Of a stretch of DNA of 64,000 nt, positions 1 to 13,152 are shown one piece after another. Position numbers and translations under genes: made by a program. The stretch is taken from the NCBI RefSeq assembly GCF_001194135.2, contig NC_068985.1:57566983-57630982 (forward strand). Reading direction: 5' to 3'. Origin of the DNA: Octopus bimaculoides. Lineage: Eukaryota. The notes under the pieces were generated by a model. That model was given only the letters and a program-made list of their open reading frames with translations, was not told the origin of the DNA and searched no databases. The stretch's first letter is position 1; each line of letters starts with the position of its first letter.

Positions 1-490
1 ACCACCACCACCACCATGAAAAGGGGAGGGTAGACATCTTCTGCGACTTGGACTTCCAGAAAGACAAGTTGCTAGACCGAAGGCAAGATATAGTAACCAT
101 TAGGAGGGACATACAAGAGTGATTAACTTTTGATGTTGGAGTGACAAGAGATCAACATATTATCATGAAAGAAAGAGAAAAGATTGATAAATATAGAGAA
201 CTCGAGAATTGAGATCGCCAAGATGTGGCATCCACAAGAGTCAAATATAAAGGTTGTCCCTATTGTCATCGGAGCATTGGGTTCATCACCACCCAACCTG
301 AAAGAACATCTGGAAACTTTGGAAATACCCTACAATCTAGATGTATTGCAAAAATCTGCATTACTTGGAAACGTACTTATATTGCGTGAAGTACTGCCTG
401 TCTGAGATAGACAGTACAAAACCCCTGGTAGAACAATATCTTCAATTGACATCACGATATTGGAACCTTAAATAATAATAACAATAATGA
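1..490 (+). mobile_element. R4/Dong-type non-LTR retrotransposon, decayed 3' end (restriction-like endonuclease) with TAA-like tail
   Basis: From nt 3: EKGRVDIFCDLDFQKDKLLDRRQDIVTIRRDIQE*LTFDVGVT...KEREKIDKYREL, frameshift near 203, then RIEIAKMW...KVVPIVIGALG...LQKSALLGNVLILREVL* (ORF 184-405). Matches the PD..D RLE C-terminus of R2/R4-group LINEs. Followed by aataataataacaataatgataac. Confidence 0.85.
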
Positions 491-2254
491 TAACAACAAC
501 AGTATCTTAATCCAATTCTTTGATAATATTTCTTATTTGCTCTTCCCTAAATTAGAAATACTTCTTAGTTACATCTGCTGTCGAAATGTAGAGCACCATT
601 GAATGGTAACAGCACCATTCATATAGTTCACTAATGACTATTAACTAAAATGCATAATAAACTAAATACATGAATTCACTATACTCCTCCTGTGGTTTAG
701 AAAAGTACTATTCGTAAATCTCAAAACGAGTGATATCCAGCAACAGTGCTTTGGAGTAAATATTATTTGCCAACATAACATGCCAACATAACATGGGCGA
801 ATGTTGCAACGGGAATTTGGCAGCGTCACCTCTAACCGAACAATTATTCTGTTCTGATGAAGTGAAATAACCTGGAAATCGCGATACACAGATATTGTTT
901 TGAGCTGAGAGGGTGTGCTAGATTCCCTAGTTCGAAAATATAAGGACACAGATCCTGTCGTATAACCAGCTGGAGATAATGTTCCTGGGCCTAAATTTCA
1001 GTAACATTCGTCCTAAACTAGGACTGCCATGTTGGCAAATAATCTTTTCTTCCTGTGGTGTTGAATCATTGTTATTTGTAAAAGCACATACCGAGACAAA
1101 AGAGATCGATTATTACTTACTTTCGATTGCAACCTGGAATCAATTTTCAGAAATCAGAGTAGTAATGCTACATCATACATTCAATCACACTTTTAATACA
1201 CCACATATTTGTGCCTGATGCCATTCTTATTATTATCGCTAAGATTTAGTAATTCTGAAGTCGATATATTAACAAGTTCTTGACTGAAAATGTGGACTCG
1301 TATAGGATTATTTGATACGTGCTGTGTCTGTTACAATTCATTCCGCATTCCCTGTCATGTTTCTGGTTGAGTTCTTAACACCAAAGAAGTTTTATAAGCT
1401 GGCTTATCTCTCTAAAGGTGTATTGGTAAATACACTACACCCATGAGATCGTGTCTGGTTATGATACGGGAAATCCATACGAAATTCACTTCCATAAATT
1501 TTCATCAGAATATTTGTAAAGGTTTAGACGAAACATTATCAAGAACAAGAAACAATCTGGAATGTTTTGCTGTGGCATAGATTAAAGAAAAAAGGATTTT
1601 ATAATAGAAGTACTGTGGTAGGTTTGTCAATACATATCACGAAGGCATTGAATCATGTTTATATTTTTTGCTTAGTAAATGCTGTTGGCATTGCTACATT
1701 ATTAAGAAACTTCCTTTCGCAATCAGATTTCGTGTTTGAACCTACTGCGCAATATTTTCTGTTCTGTCATAGTAGCGAGGTGACCAGTATTTTATGAGGG
1801 CAATTTGCTAAAATGAAACTCTGCATTCTACCCCACTTCACTCGTGGACGTCGACTTCAGCACAAGAGCTAATTTTCCTTCAGGCTGTGCGAAATGACAT
1901 TGTGAAGGCCAATTCTAAGACATTGTACTGTCATGCGTCCCGCAGTTCATGGATGTATGTCATGCAAGCCAAAGCAGCAGACTTGAAATGTCCCACGAGG
2001 TTACAGACGTACAGTGACAGGTTAATCTATTTGACAAAAGCAGTGGCTTGCGAATTGTAATAACCTTTGTTTGACTGTGGTTGACGTGCATTAAAGATCC
2101 ATGTAGTGACTTGTCTGATAATATGGTCGGCATGAAATATTTTAAAGTCGGGTGTGAGTGCCATCAAGTGAATGCTGTTGGGCTACTGTAAGAGACAAAC
2201 ATACATAGACTTAGTGCAGCACGAATCAGGCGTAGTTTGGGATCTATGGAAATA

Positions 2255-3072
2255 CGGCTCGTGTCATATAATTAGCTAAATGTCATGCTCAGCCAAATTA
2301 TTTAACCGTTTCAACCAAACTCTTTAAAGCAATCGCATCGGAGATGCTATCGAAACACTACTTAGATCAAAGCAAAACGGCTTTTGCAAATACTGCTTCA
2401 CTGTTGAATATAATTTAACTCTTGGCTGACTCAATGAAAACCATCGCCACAAAGTCTTTCTACGCTGTCTCTGTGAATTTGACGAAAGCTTTTACATCTG
2501 TCCGCCGTGAGGAAATGTTTCAGATTCTCTATTCCTATAGTATATAAAATGGAGTTGGAAATTCTATCCGTTCTATCAGTGCAAACTCCTAAAAGTTTCG
2601 CACACAACGCTGACAGACACACTGACACATACGTAGTGAAGACAGGAGTTCTCCAAAAAGAAACTTTATCTTCTTTCCTTTTGATAATAGTCTTGGAATA
2701 TGTACTACGACACGCTATGTTATCTGAACTAAACATAACCGTCCATCCTCGCCAAGGCCCCAGTTGTCCAACATCGTACCTCACTGACATCAGCTAAGCA
2801 GATGACATCGTACTCGTCTCACATCCAGTCACAAATGCTCAAACGTTCTTTACTTACCACGAGTTGGATGCATTTGAAGTTCATCTCTCAATAAACCCTC
2901 GAAGACAAAACTATAACCATTAGTGAATATGCTGGTGTGCATAATCTTACTCATTCATAGGAAGACCATTGAGTAAGTTACCTCTTTCTGCTATCTGGGC
3001 TCCCACATTCGCTTTACCATTACACATGTTAGCATTCGTAAAGTGATAACATGGCCAGCATCCGATAAGCTA
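2255..3072 (+). mobile_element. Decayed LINE reverse transcriptase, RTE/RTE-X-like
   Basis: Frame-shifted RT motifs: LMSCSAKLFNR, LLRSKQNGF, VKTGVLQKETLSSFLLIIVLEYVLR (ORF 2507-2797), S*ADDI at 2792-2809 (YADD box), then FCYLGSHI...IRKVITW. Confidence 0.8.
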
Positions 3073-5466
3073 TAAAAATATGTCGAAAGCATCACAACCG
3101 TCACATGAAACTCTGCAGAAGACAAATACGTGTGTTTCTTTGCATGCGTGTGTCAGTGTGCTCGTTTGTGAGTGTGTGCGTGTGTGCGAGTGGGCTGTCC
3201 GTCTCTTTTGCCGATGTTTATGGGTAATAAATATGAAGATCGGTAACAAAAAGCACGGGCTTTGTGAACGAAGACTTAGATATTTGTTTTGCATCTTATT
3301 ACAGGTGATTTTCACTGTCGTTAACAACAGCTAATAGCGAAGACTTGTTCATGAGATATGGTCTAACATTTGAAAAAAAGAAATAAGATAGATAAACCAG
3401 CCTTTTTTCTTTTAGTCTTTTTTATACTTATATTTATCATTACAATGAAGTATATTGTTACAACTGATTCCTTATGTCTAGAGATTACATTCTGTTATCG
3501 ATTTAATAAGTAAAATATATTATCATATTTGAAGAACTAAACTTTACACTAAAGACTCATTAAATCGTAATTGTCCATATTCTTTGGTATCTAATAGATA
3601 TAATCTTAAATACAATGTATATATTGTTTGTATTGTAAAAGAGAATTCAAATCAAACAATGAAATGGCTTTTCTCTAAGAACAAAAATGGTATCAGTTAT
3701 GTACCTGAAAGTTATGGCGATATTGTCACACTTATACGGTCCCATATATGCCTTGGTCTAGTACACCTTTGATCACACACATTAAACCCCTGTCCATCCA
3801 ATTTAGTATTTGAAGACTGATATTTAGAACATGTGTTCTTTTATGGACTTTTGACGAAGTGGAGGAATGACTGCGGCTCTGTCCTGTTTTGGTGCCTTGT
3901 CCAAATGCTTTCAAAGCTAAGTGCACTCATATTCGTCGTATTAACCCGATCGGGAGATTAAGACAGCTCATTCAGAATGCAGAGAAAAGAAGATACATAT
4001 ATATATATGCTATTTGTAACATTGAGTCACCAAGTAGAAGTTTCCCTCGTAGGAGTAAGCTATATCTATTATAAAGAGTTAGATCAGATCAGTTTTCAGT
4101 TTCCAGATGGTATTATCTGTGTATAACGTCCTAAAATATTAATTTTATAGTATATTATTTGAGAATAATGGAATATCTGCAAAAACGTCAACTGCAATGT
4201 CTTAGAGAATTCTAATTTAATTTCAGTATGACAAAGTATCAAACACACATTGTAATATTGGTTACAACTTCCATCATTCATATAGCATTTTGCTTCGATT
4301 GCATATTTGGTAGTTGTAATTAGACTAAAGTATCTTTAGTTAAAATATTATATATCTTTCTAAAATATTTTTGAGTAGGAAATTGTAATGACTGCACACT
4401 TTCTGTTACTATTCCTATCTACCCATGTAACGTGATTTTAGTTCAATGCCACAGTTTTAATAATAAATTATTAGTTTTTGATCTTTCCGAGCAAGAGATC
4501 ATTATCTTTCTTATTTGGCACAATTACAAGACAGCAATTTCTTCAGTGGCTCTGGTTAACCAGTAAAACAATTTACTTTTAATTACTGTGCAATTGCACG
4601 CTACATTTTCCAGCAAGCTGTCCCTTTGAGAGAAGTAAAATAGATGCCCTGGACGCGCGGAATGTGTGTCTCTATTAGTAAGTTGGATCTCCTGCAATGG
4701 ATTTAATAAAAAATAGAATGAATCTACAAATACTCGATCATCGACTTTATATACACAATCAGTACGTAGATTTTACTTCAACAAGGTAACTAAGTACAGT
4801 GAGTGACGGCTCAGTGCCCACTCATGCATGTGTCTTGTGGTCTATGTTGCTGCTTCCCTACAAGTATGGCTATTGATATATTCGATTGGCCTCATGCTCA
4901 ATATTTTGAGCTAATTCTGCATGGCTTTCCAAACATTCAATAACTAAAGTTTGCCAGAAAAAAACAATCACAATTTCATTAATTACCACTCTCAATATAA
5001 TTCTCTTATTGCTATTGACACATTTATACACTCAGTCATTCAACAACTGTTTACAACTGCTTCTTTCTCAATTCAATTAACACTAATGCATATGGCTTGG
5101 TTTTTTTATTTTCAATTTTAAATTTCTTTAGCATATCAACTTTCATTCATTAACATTTCAATCAGCTCGATCACCATTTTGACTTGCATCATTACCCACA
5201 TCAACGCTAAAGTTGATGCCGTTGTTGTTGGTGTTGCTATCAATATCAACACTACCAATAATGATAATTATCGCTAATAACCATTAAAAACAGCGGAATG
5301 ACAATAAGTGCAGAAGCAGTACGGCTTGAAATGGAGATAAGGCTCTCGCTTACAAAACAAAATAAAATAAGCAAACGATGAACAAACAACAGATAAACAA
5401 TGAACTATTTTGTTTATTACTGTTCTGAAGCATCTCTGTATTCACACACATACTGCCGCACACATA

Positions 5467-6343
5467 CGTCGTCTGATCAATAAGTATCCGGACCGTTGTC
5501 ATAGCAACAATGCTAAAGCATGCAGAATATAGCTGCTTGGTAGAGATTGACGTTGAACTCTGCTCTGCAGGTATAGTAAGTGTTAACGTTCTTTCACAAC
5601 AGTGCTTGGAAGGAACAGGTGTAACGGCTGATCGTCGCATTAACCATGACAGAGAAAGTTGAGCAGAGAATCCGCATCAAATTTTGCCAAAAGCTTGGCG
5701 GTACTAGCTCAGATGCCTGCGCAAAGATTTCGAAAAGTTTTCGTCGTTCTCGACACAATCAAGAAGACCTTATGCAACTGAAACCCGGGTGTCTTTTGTG
5801 TGAGGTGAATGCGGTTTCTTCACAAACTTGGCAGACACGCGTGTCATACCCACATCTTTAGTGATGATGCACTGAACTGAACCGTAACTAATCTGCACAT
5901 CCTCTGATAACTCACGGATGATGATTCGACGATTTCCCCTCACAGCTGCACGCACATCTGCGATGTTTTTCTCAGTTCTGCTGGTTACAGGTCTCCCAGT
6001 ATGTTCATCAATATCGAAATTTTTTCGGTCATCTTCGAAACGTCTGAACCTCTTGTACACTTGTGTGCGGCTTATACACCGCTCTACATACACATTCTGC
6101 AACTTTGCGTAGGTCTCTGACCAGGTATCACCATGACAACTTTGTCATGGCTAATGCGACGATCACACTCTACACACCTTCCTTCCAATCACTGCCGTAA
6201 ACAGCAATAGTGAGCTAGAACATTTAAAAGTTAGTGCGCATGCAAAGCAGGGATCAAAGTCAATCTCTGCCGAGCAGCTTTGCTCTGAGTGCTTTATCTT
6301 TGTTACTATGGCAACAGTTCCGGTACTTATTCAACAGACCTCG
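5467..6343. mobile_element. Mariner (irritans-like) derivative made of two inverted 5' halves, TA-flanked
   Basis: Left arm (+): TA|cgtcgtctgatcaataagtatccggac leading to MTEKVEQRIRIKFCQKLG at 5646. Right arm (-): TA|cgaggtctgttgaataagtaccggaac, same 5'UTR, transposase N-terminus SRTQVYKRFRRF...HTGRPVTSRT...MTRVSAKFV (ORF 5770-6102). No DDD catalytic region. Confidence 0.85.
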
Positions 6344-6504
6344 TATATACACCCACACAAAGCAGATACATACGGGAGTATACTACATAAATATACAGTT
6401 ACGTACATTAATGAAGGCGCATTGACTGCACATACAGACACAGCTACACGCATTTAAACGCAAACAGACACTTGCGCACGCGCACAAACACATTCGAATT
6501 TAAC

Positions 6505-6573
6505 TATATAAAAGTACATATACATATATATGTATATGCGTATACATTTATGTACATGTGAATGTATATGTAT

Positions 6574-6638
<65 letters not shown>

Positions 6639-6707
6639 CATAGATATCTATGTGTGCGTCTATGTATGTATGTATCTCTCTCTTTCTCTCTCTCTTTCTT
6701 TCTCTCT

Positions 6708-6762
<55 letters not shown>
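6505..6762. repeat. Compound microsatellite (TA)n/(TG)n/(TC)n/(TA)n
   Basis: Read directly. Confidence 0.95.
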
Positions 6763-6767
<5 letters not shown>

Positions 6768-7304
6768 TTATAGAATTGATTTCAATTAAATACGAAAGCA
6801 TTAACTAATATCGAACTCAAAACAAATGCTGCATAATACTGGTAAACTGGTGACTCACATACATATATCAGAGATACTGACAAAGACATGCACATGCACA
6901 CACACACACATACACTAGTAGAAAAAACACATACGTACACATACGTATAACAACAAGGAAAAGCGGAAATTGGAATAGCCGGTAAGACTAGGAGAGGGTG
7001 CTTATGGTTTCGTTATATGTGTGTACTTATATGATTATGTATGTGTGTGTATGTGTCTGCATGTTTGCATTATATGTGTATGCGTATGTGTCTGAGAGAA
7101 GTGAAATTCCATGCAGTTAAAACTAGATGATGCATTATAAAATTTAGAGGTGATTTAACTTAAGTGAGTACAATGGTGTGTATGTGCCCAACGTCCATCT
7201 ATTTTCTTTGAAAATCACTTGCAAATTAGTACAGCTCCACGAATATATCTTATTCCAAAATCCATGTTGAAGTAAGTGGCGAAATAATGCCTTACGGAGA
7301 CAAT

Positions 7305-7610
<306 letters not shown>

Positions 7611-8419
7611 GCGAGAGTGGAGTAGAAGGAAACTACGAAAACAGAAGTAAAATTCGACATCGTGGGATTGATCTCAGACGGAAGGATTTTTTCTTTTGGA
7701 TACGATAATGATTCTGATAATTCCTTGCCTTAAAACGAAAATACTCGATTCTATGTTTGAGACATACTGTATTAATGTGTACTAGCAGTACCCTAGAAAT
7801 TCCACGGTAAATGGGAAATTTTTTAGATGGTTGTAAGTTTATATAGAGACACAAAAATTTGCGTTCCTTTATAAACCGTATATTCTGCATAATTTTCGTT
7901 CAAAAACACCTTTCAGTTCTGGAAAAGACTGTAATTGAAAGAGCATACATTTCCCACACTTTCAGAAGTTCAGAGGATCATTTACAAATCCAAGAGCTTC
8001 GCAATGATTATAGAGAATATTCGTGTCTCTAATGAAACTTTCTAGCCTAGGCTTACAGGATGTTTTCTTTTTTTTTTTTATCGTTATCTCTGATTTACAT
8101 TTTATATTCTAGCATGAATACGTCCCCTTATCTGTGGTAAATATACATTCTATACTCTTTGACTCATATTCTCCGTTCTACGGGTTGATACTCCGTGCTT
8201 GTTCTAATGCTTCCATCCTCTGACGCTATTTGCCTCATTGCCTACTCGGTTTCATTCCTTCTGTTCTTATCTTACATCACCTGTCATCTAGGTGTTATAA
8301 ATAAATATCAATTTTCAAGCGAGCAGACGATCAATAATTGTACTCATGCACATGCGTTAAGTGATAAGTGATATAAAAAACTTAGTTCAATTAAAAAAAA
8401 ACAATTACATTTTTCACTG

Positions 8420-8543
8420 TCCACACATCACCGCCACCTGCACCACCAAGACTTGCAACACTACCATGACCACCTCCACCACCATGACTCACCCCACCCC
8501 TCCACAATCTATCTATCTATCTATCTATCTATGTATCTATCTG

Positions 8544-8586
<43 letters not shown>
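8420..8586. repeat. CAC-rich low-complexity tract followed by (TCTA)n
   Basis: Read directly. Confidence 0.9.
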
Positions 8587-8587
<1 letters not shown>

Positions 8588-8917
8588 GCTTTACCCTCAC
8601 CAACAGAACATCACCCCTCTGCTAAAATTATATTTCTAACTCTCCTCTATATCACAAACTTCAACTAGCATTTTTAACCATGTAATAAATATTACGTTCC
8701 CCTTCCCTCACTTCATGGACGCTTCTCTGTCCCTTTTTCTTTCCCCCTCTTTGTCTCTCACTCTTCGCCTTACACTTTTTTCTGTCCTTCCCCTTTTGTC
8801 ATCTTTTTTCCTCGCTCTTCAACTTTCCTTTCGACTAATCACGTGAAAGCGTTATAAACAGGCTAAGTAAATAACTAACGGAGGAACGTGCAGAATTATT
8901 ATTGGATGTATGTAGAC

Positions 8918-9054
8918 GGCGGTGCGCTGTGAGAAGTGTTAGTACTCCGGGTCAAATGCTTAGTATTTCGTCCGCATTTACAATCCGAATTCAAATCCTG
9001 CCGAGGTCGACTTTGCTATTCCTCCTTTCAAATTAGATAAAAAATAAGTACCAG
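8918..9054 (+). mobile_element. tRNA-derived SINE family A, 3'-truncated
   Basis: Homologous to 44651-44868: aaatgcttagtatttcgtc...gaattcaaatcctgccgaggtcgactttgc...gataaaaaataagtaccag. Confidence 0.8.
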
Positions 9055-9338
9055 CATCGGTTGTCAAGTGATGCTGGGGTGGGGGTGGGACACAGACACA
9101 CATACATACATAATACATACATATATATACACACACACGCCAGACACACACACGCCAGACACACACACGCCAGACACACACACATACATACATTTATATA
9201 TATTACCAATCCACTCACATGGGTTTGGTCGGCCCGAGGCTATAGTAGAAAACACTAGCCCAAGGTGCCACTCAATGAGACTGAATCTGGAACCATGTGG
9301 TTTGTAAACAAGGTACTTACCACACAGCCACTCCTGCA
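9050..9338 (-). mobile_element. tRNA-derived SINE family B, 3'-truncated, with internal CA/TA repeats (including 3 x 15-bp unit)
   Basis: Reverse complement starts gcaggagtggctgtgtggtaagtac (A box) and ggttccagattcagtc (B-box-like); homologous to 12571-13028. Confidence 0.85.
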
Positions 9339-10165
9339 TATATATNNNNNNNNNNNNNNNNNNNNNNNNNNNNNNNNNNNNNNNNNNNNNNNNNNNNNNN
9401 NNNNNNNNNNNNNNNNNNNNNNNNNNNNNNNNNNNNNNNNNNNNNNNNNNNNNNNNNNNNNNNNNNNNNNNNNNNNNNNNNNNNNNNNNNNNNNNNNNNN
9501 NNNNNNNNNNNNNNNNNNNNNNNNNNNNNNNNNNNNNNNNNNNNNNNNNNNNNNNNNNNNNNNNNNNNNNNNNNNNNNNNNNNNNNNNNNNNNNNNNNNN
9601 NNNNNNNNNNNNNNNNNNNNNNNNNNNNNNNNNNNNNNNNNNNNNNNNNNNNNNNNNNNNNNNNNNNNNNNNNNNNNNNNNNNNNNNNNNNNNNNNNNNN
9701 NNNNNNNNNNNNNNNNNNNNNNNNNNNNNNNNNNNNNNNNNNNNNNNNNNNNNNNNNNNNNNNNNNNNNNNNNNNNNNNNNNNNNNNNNNNNNNNNNNNN
9801 NNNNNNNNNNNNNNNNNNNNNNNNNNNNNNNNNNNNNNNNNNNNNNNNNNNNNNNNNNNNNNNNNNNNNNNNNNNNNNNNNNNNNNNNNNNNNNNNNNNN
9901 NNNNNNNNNNNNNNNNNNNNNNNNNNNNNNNNNNNNNNNNNNNNNNNNNNNNNNNNNNNNNNNNNNNNNNNNNNNNNNNNNNNNNNNNNNNNNNNNNNNN
10001 NNNNNNNNNNNNNNNNNNNNNNNNNNNNNNNNNNNNNNNNNNNNNNNNNNATATACATAGACACATAGAAAGACATACACATATTTCACAGTAGTAAATT
10101 GGTTTGGTTTTCAGTCACACTTGATAGACGACAATCGAAATACGCCCATAGTATCTAAGTGTGTG

Positions 10166-10390
10166 TGTGTGTGTGTGTGTGTGTGCTTGTCAATGTGTTT
10201 CCCGCACCTCACAAACATTTGATAGCTGGTGTTGGTTTATTTATATCTCTGTAAATTAGGGGTTCCTCAAGAGAGAGCGATAGAACTTGCACTCTTCTTT
10301 AAAAAAAGAACTATAATTCCTGGGGTTTATCTATAAATGTGTACAAGCGTTACTTGGCCTCAGTTTAATGATTGAAACAAGTTAAAATAT
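10166..10390 (+). mobile_element. SINE family B, decayed 3' half
   Basis: ggtgttggtttatttatatctctgtaaattaggggttc...gcgatagaac...tgattgaaacaagttaaaata aligns by eye with 12850-13028. Confidence 0.6.
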
Positions 10391-11360
10391 GAATGTAGCA
10401 TGAATGTGTCCACAACCGTGTGTTTGTATTAGTTACGACAATTACGTATTCATTACGTCATGTACGTATTGAAAACTCTCTGCAATCTCAGATACTTGCT
10501 GATTTCCTGTGGATATCACCAACGTTACACGGATCTCGCGGCAACCATATAACTGTCAGTGCAACAAATCAGCTTTGTGTACCCAGTTATTAAGCAGTTG
10601 ATAGGCATTTAGTAGATACCAGAGAAAATTTAAAACAAAAAACACCATCACGCAAAGCATATTATAATGAGATTGAATTCATCTTTTACAGACGAAATCT
10701 CATAATGGAAATGAAATAATAAACAGTTGATCTGCATTATTTTGTGAACTAAGTAGAAGCGTAAAACTATGGTGCATAAGAAAGTAGAGCGGAATCTCTC
10801 TTGAAGCTATATTTATCAATATTTTCTCAATTTGTCAATAAATGACTCTTTGGTAATTCTATTCAGTGCAGTATTAGATTACACAGCATCTATTACTAAT
10901 TCGTCCGTCAAAGCAATAACGCTTCAAAAGGTGAAAGCAATGTAATTTATATTAGTCTCTAAGTAACAGCTTGCATAAATTTATATTCATATTGCAGAAA
11001 TTGTGGCTGCCATAGTGAATTAGCAGAAATCTGATATGAAACATTTCTATCTCTACTTTCTTTCTTTTATGAATATACCCTGTCATGTTTCACCTAGTGA
11101 AAGAGCGACTATGTGATTTTTGCCTTCTTCAACATACAAAAACATATACACACGCAATTACATGTAAAGTATTCTAAATATTTATATGTGTGCGAATGCA
11201 CGTATACCCATTCTCATTCACACACACACACACACGCACACACACACACATACACACACACACACACAGACACATACACATATATATATATATATATATG
11301 TATGCATCTATAAATGTGTACATATATATGCATCTCCCAATGCGTATATACATACATATA

Positions 11361-12195
11361 TTGCATCATCCCATAAATAATGCGTTTTTATTTTTCAAAA
11401 TTAAAATAAACGAAGTACTTTTTTTAATATAAAATATTCCGTCCTTCATTTTCTACAATGCTTTTCCATCTGGTAGACTTGGAAGGACTCTCTTCCAAAA
11501 TTCTCTTGTCCATGACAAAAAATACTCCTCCAGTAATGTTCTGATCTCGTCTACAGAATTCATATTTTTGCTGTCTAAATGATTTTGAAGATTGCGGAAT
11601 AAATGGTAATCAGAGGGGGTAATCTCCGGCGAATAGGCGAATATTATGGGTGGGGCATCGTTTCCCATTCAAACTGTTCCAGTCCTTGGAAAGCCATGCT
11701 CGCTGGATGTGACCGAGCATTATCCTGACGGAAGAACACCTTTCGTTTTGAAAGCAAAAGTGGTCATTTTTTCTTCTCGCGCTAACTTAAGCCGCTCAAG
11801 ATGCTCGCAGTAGATCTCCTTTGTTATTGTTTGGTTGGGGTTTGAATGTTCAAAATGGACTAAGCCTTTCATATCCCACCGAACAGATAACAACACCGTA
11901 CCTAGGGTGAAGATCTATTTTAGCCTGAGGTGCCGGTGATTCTCCTTTCCCTACACGTTGCCTTCGGTGATTGACGCTTTTATAGTGAATCCATTTCTCG
12001 TCACCAGTCACTATTCGATCCAAAAAAGGTTCATTCGCGAGACGTGACAACAACGGAGAGCACACTCACTCTCTGCGCACGAATAGACTTGGAAAATTTG
12101 TGAGGAACACATTGACCCAATTTGCTAACTTTTTTATGGCACGCAGGTGTTGATGAATGATTGAATGACCAAATTCAAGCTTCTCCACTAATTCC
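11361..12195 (-). mobile_element. Mariner transposase pseudogene, 3' part with TIR
   Basis: LGQCVPHK, FLDRIVTGDEKWIHY (ORF 11850-12065), WDMKGLVHFE, YSPEITPSDYHLFRNLQNHL (ORF 11453-11668). Terminus TA|ttgcatcatcccataaataatgcg at 11359-11384. 5' part lost at the adjacent R4-type insertion. Confidence 0.9.
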
Positions 12196-12201
12196 ATAAT
12201 A

Positions 12202-12480
12202 GTTACGTTATTACTATTCTTATATGAAATCTCAGTTTATTTTTCTGGGAATGATGGAAAGTGTCAGCTGTCCACAGCCAGCAGACTAAGGTGATACTTA
12301 TTTACTGGCTTACTTCAAGAAACCTGCGAAAAATTCTTGCCGTTCCAAACAATGGTGATTTTTGAAGTTGTTCTATCTTCACACTTGCGCAAATCTTTTT
12401 CAGTCATGTTGGAAGTTGAGTGCTTACATTTTCTTGGAATATGAATTTTAGACGGTCAAGCATTTGATACTTGCTTTCTT
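12202..12480 (-). mobile_element. R4/Dong-type LINE 3' end
   Basis: Minus strand 12415-12302 reads LPT*LKKICASVKIEQLQKSPLFGTARIFRRFLEVSQ*, the RLE-LINE C-terminal motif (LQK.ALLGTARI.R..L), followed by a short 3'UTR and a degenerate AAT tail. Confidence 0.75.
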
Positions 12481-12570
12481 TTAGCAACTATTGAACATCA
12501 TATAAACAATCATCTTTCTTCATTATAACATAGATATATATGTGTGCGCGCGCGTTTGTGTGAATGTGTA

Positions 12571-12732
12571 GGCGCAGGAATGGCTGCCTAGCAAGAAGTG
12601 TACTTCCCAACCCATCGTTCCGGATTCAGTCCCAATGCGTGGCACCGGGGGAAAATATCTTGTACTATAGCTTTCGGCCAACCAACGCATTGTTAATGGA
12701 TTTGGAAGACGGAAACTGAAAGGATTCCGTCA

Positions 12733-12816
<84 letters not shown>

Positions 12817-13028
12817 TTTGAGTGTCTGCATTTGTCTCCCCATCATCACTTGGCAACCGTTGTTGGTGTGATTACGTCCCTGCAACTTAGCGGTTCGGGA
12901 AAAGACAAGTATAATTAGTACTAATCTTACAAAGAATAAGTCCTGGGGTCGATTTGTTCGGCTAACGGCGGTTCTCCAGCATGGCCGCAGTCAAATGACG
13001 GAAGCAAGTAAAAGAATGAAAAAAAGAG
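12571..13028 (+). mobile_element. SINE family B, full length, with internal (TA)n of about 85 bp
   Basis: tRNA-like head ggcgcaggaatggctg...ccggattcagtccc; body ...gacggaaactgaaag; TA tract; 3' domain gcaacttagcggttcgg...ggggtcgat...ccagcatggccgcagtcaaatgac...gtaaaagaat. Confidence 0.9.
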
Positions 13029-13114
13029 ACACATATATATAAAGAGAGAGGGAGAGAGAAACAATTGATCGATCAATGGTTAGATAGATAGATTGATATA
13101 ACACACGCACACAC

Positions 13115-13152
<38 letters not shown>

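Noticed and set aside
854-867. CTGATGA-AGT-GAAA
   Set aside because: No stem I or stem III; expected by chance in AT-rich DNA.
7778-7810. tactagcagta start resembling Helitron/Helentron-type repeats
   Set aside because: No subterminal hairpin or matching 3' end found.
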